From positions 1-24,512 of IMG/VR virus record IMGVR_UViG_3300042935_000535: a stretch of DNA of 24,512 nucleotides. One strand, 5' to 3'. The translations under genes were made by a program, and so were the position numbers. Shown here piece after piece: positions 24,285 to 24,512 of the stretch; position 1 is the stretch's first letter; every line of letters begins with the position of its first letter. This stretch comes from a virus (taxonomy: Duplodnaviria > Caudoviricetes). The notes under the pieces are model-generated. The model was not told where the DNA came from. It worked only from the letters and a program-made list of their open reading frames with translations, and searched no databases.

Positions 24285-24386
24285 ATGGAACGCAAAGGAT
24301 ATTCAGGAAGTTTTGGCGGAACAATTATCCGCAAGATATTCAGAAAAATATGGATTTTAATATTATTAATTTTAGATAAAAAATAG
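24285..24386 (+). CDS. possible 33-aa cationic/hydrophobic peptide
   Basis: MERKGYSGSFGGTIIRKIFRKIWILILLILDKK* fills the gap (2 nt and 5 nt to its neighbours). Confidence 0.45.
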   Translation: MERKGYSGSFGGTIIRKIFRKIWILILLILDKK

Positions 24387-24391
24387 AAATT

Positions 24392-24512
24392 ATGCCAGTA
24401 AATACTTGGACAACAGGAACAACAACGGGTACGCAAATGGCTACCGAATTTAATAAGGTAGCAAATGCTCTTAATACAATAGGGCAGTACTCACACGCTT
24501 CTACAGTAGCTT
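24392..24512 (+). CDS. start of a probable structural/fibre protein (3' truncated)
   Basis: MPVNTWTTGTTTGTQMATEFNKVANALNTIGQYSHASTVA, open to the window end. Confidence 0.6.
   Translation, partial: MPVNTWTTGTTTGTQMATEFNKVANALNTIGQYSHASTVA

Larger units (their letters stand above)
1..24512 (+). mobile_element. tailed phage/prophage segment (siphovirus-like, Bacteroidota host)
   Basis: Recombination, replication, packaging, head and non-contractile tail genes throughout. No host genes or att site are visible, so prophage versus free phage cannot be decided. Confidence 0.95.

Noticed and set aside
24286-24294. TGGAACGCA identical to 3821-3829, as a trans target of the leader RNA
   Set aside because: A single 9-nt match in 24 kb is compatible with chance, and there is no extended complementarity.

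Overview
AT-rich, gene-dense segment of a tailed dsDNA phage or prophage, most likely siphovirus-like with a Bacteroidota (Flavobacterium-like) host. The host call rests on TAnnTTTG promoters, no Shine-Dalgarno motifs, a DUF3127-like gene and lipoproteins. Almost everything is on the + strand. The order is: 3' end of an N4/N6 DNA methyltransferase; recombination module (RecT, DUF3127/SSB-like, lambda-exo/YqaJ-like nuclease, RusA-like resolvase); a structured leader RNA; replication module (initiator with an internal iteron array, partner protein, stand-alone DnaA domain IV); small accessory ORFs including two lipoproteins; terminases; tail completion/tail-tip/tape measure; a small Zn-finger + HTH + divergent membrane-peptide island; ClpP-type prohead protease, major capsid, tail tube, portal, adaptor, BppU-like and fibre genes. 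No integrase, lysis genes, tRNA, rRNA or CRISPR array was seen. The most notable non-coding signal is a promoter-bounded two-hairpin RNA (about 3808-3908). Its two loops are perfectly complementary over 8 bp (kissing loop), and its second hairpin is a terminator directly upstream of the replication genes. Other signals are near-total CATG avoidance, a module-specific CCWGG/GGCC signature, and apparently leaderless promoters around a palindromic operator in front of the head genes. All protein calls come from motif recognition and synteny, not database searches, and motif counts were made by eye.
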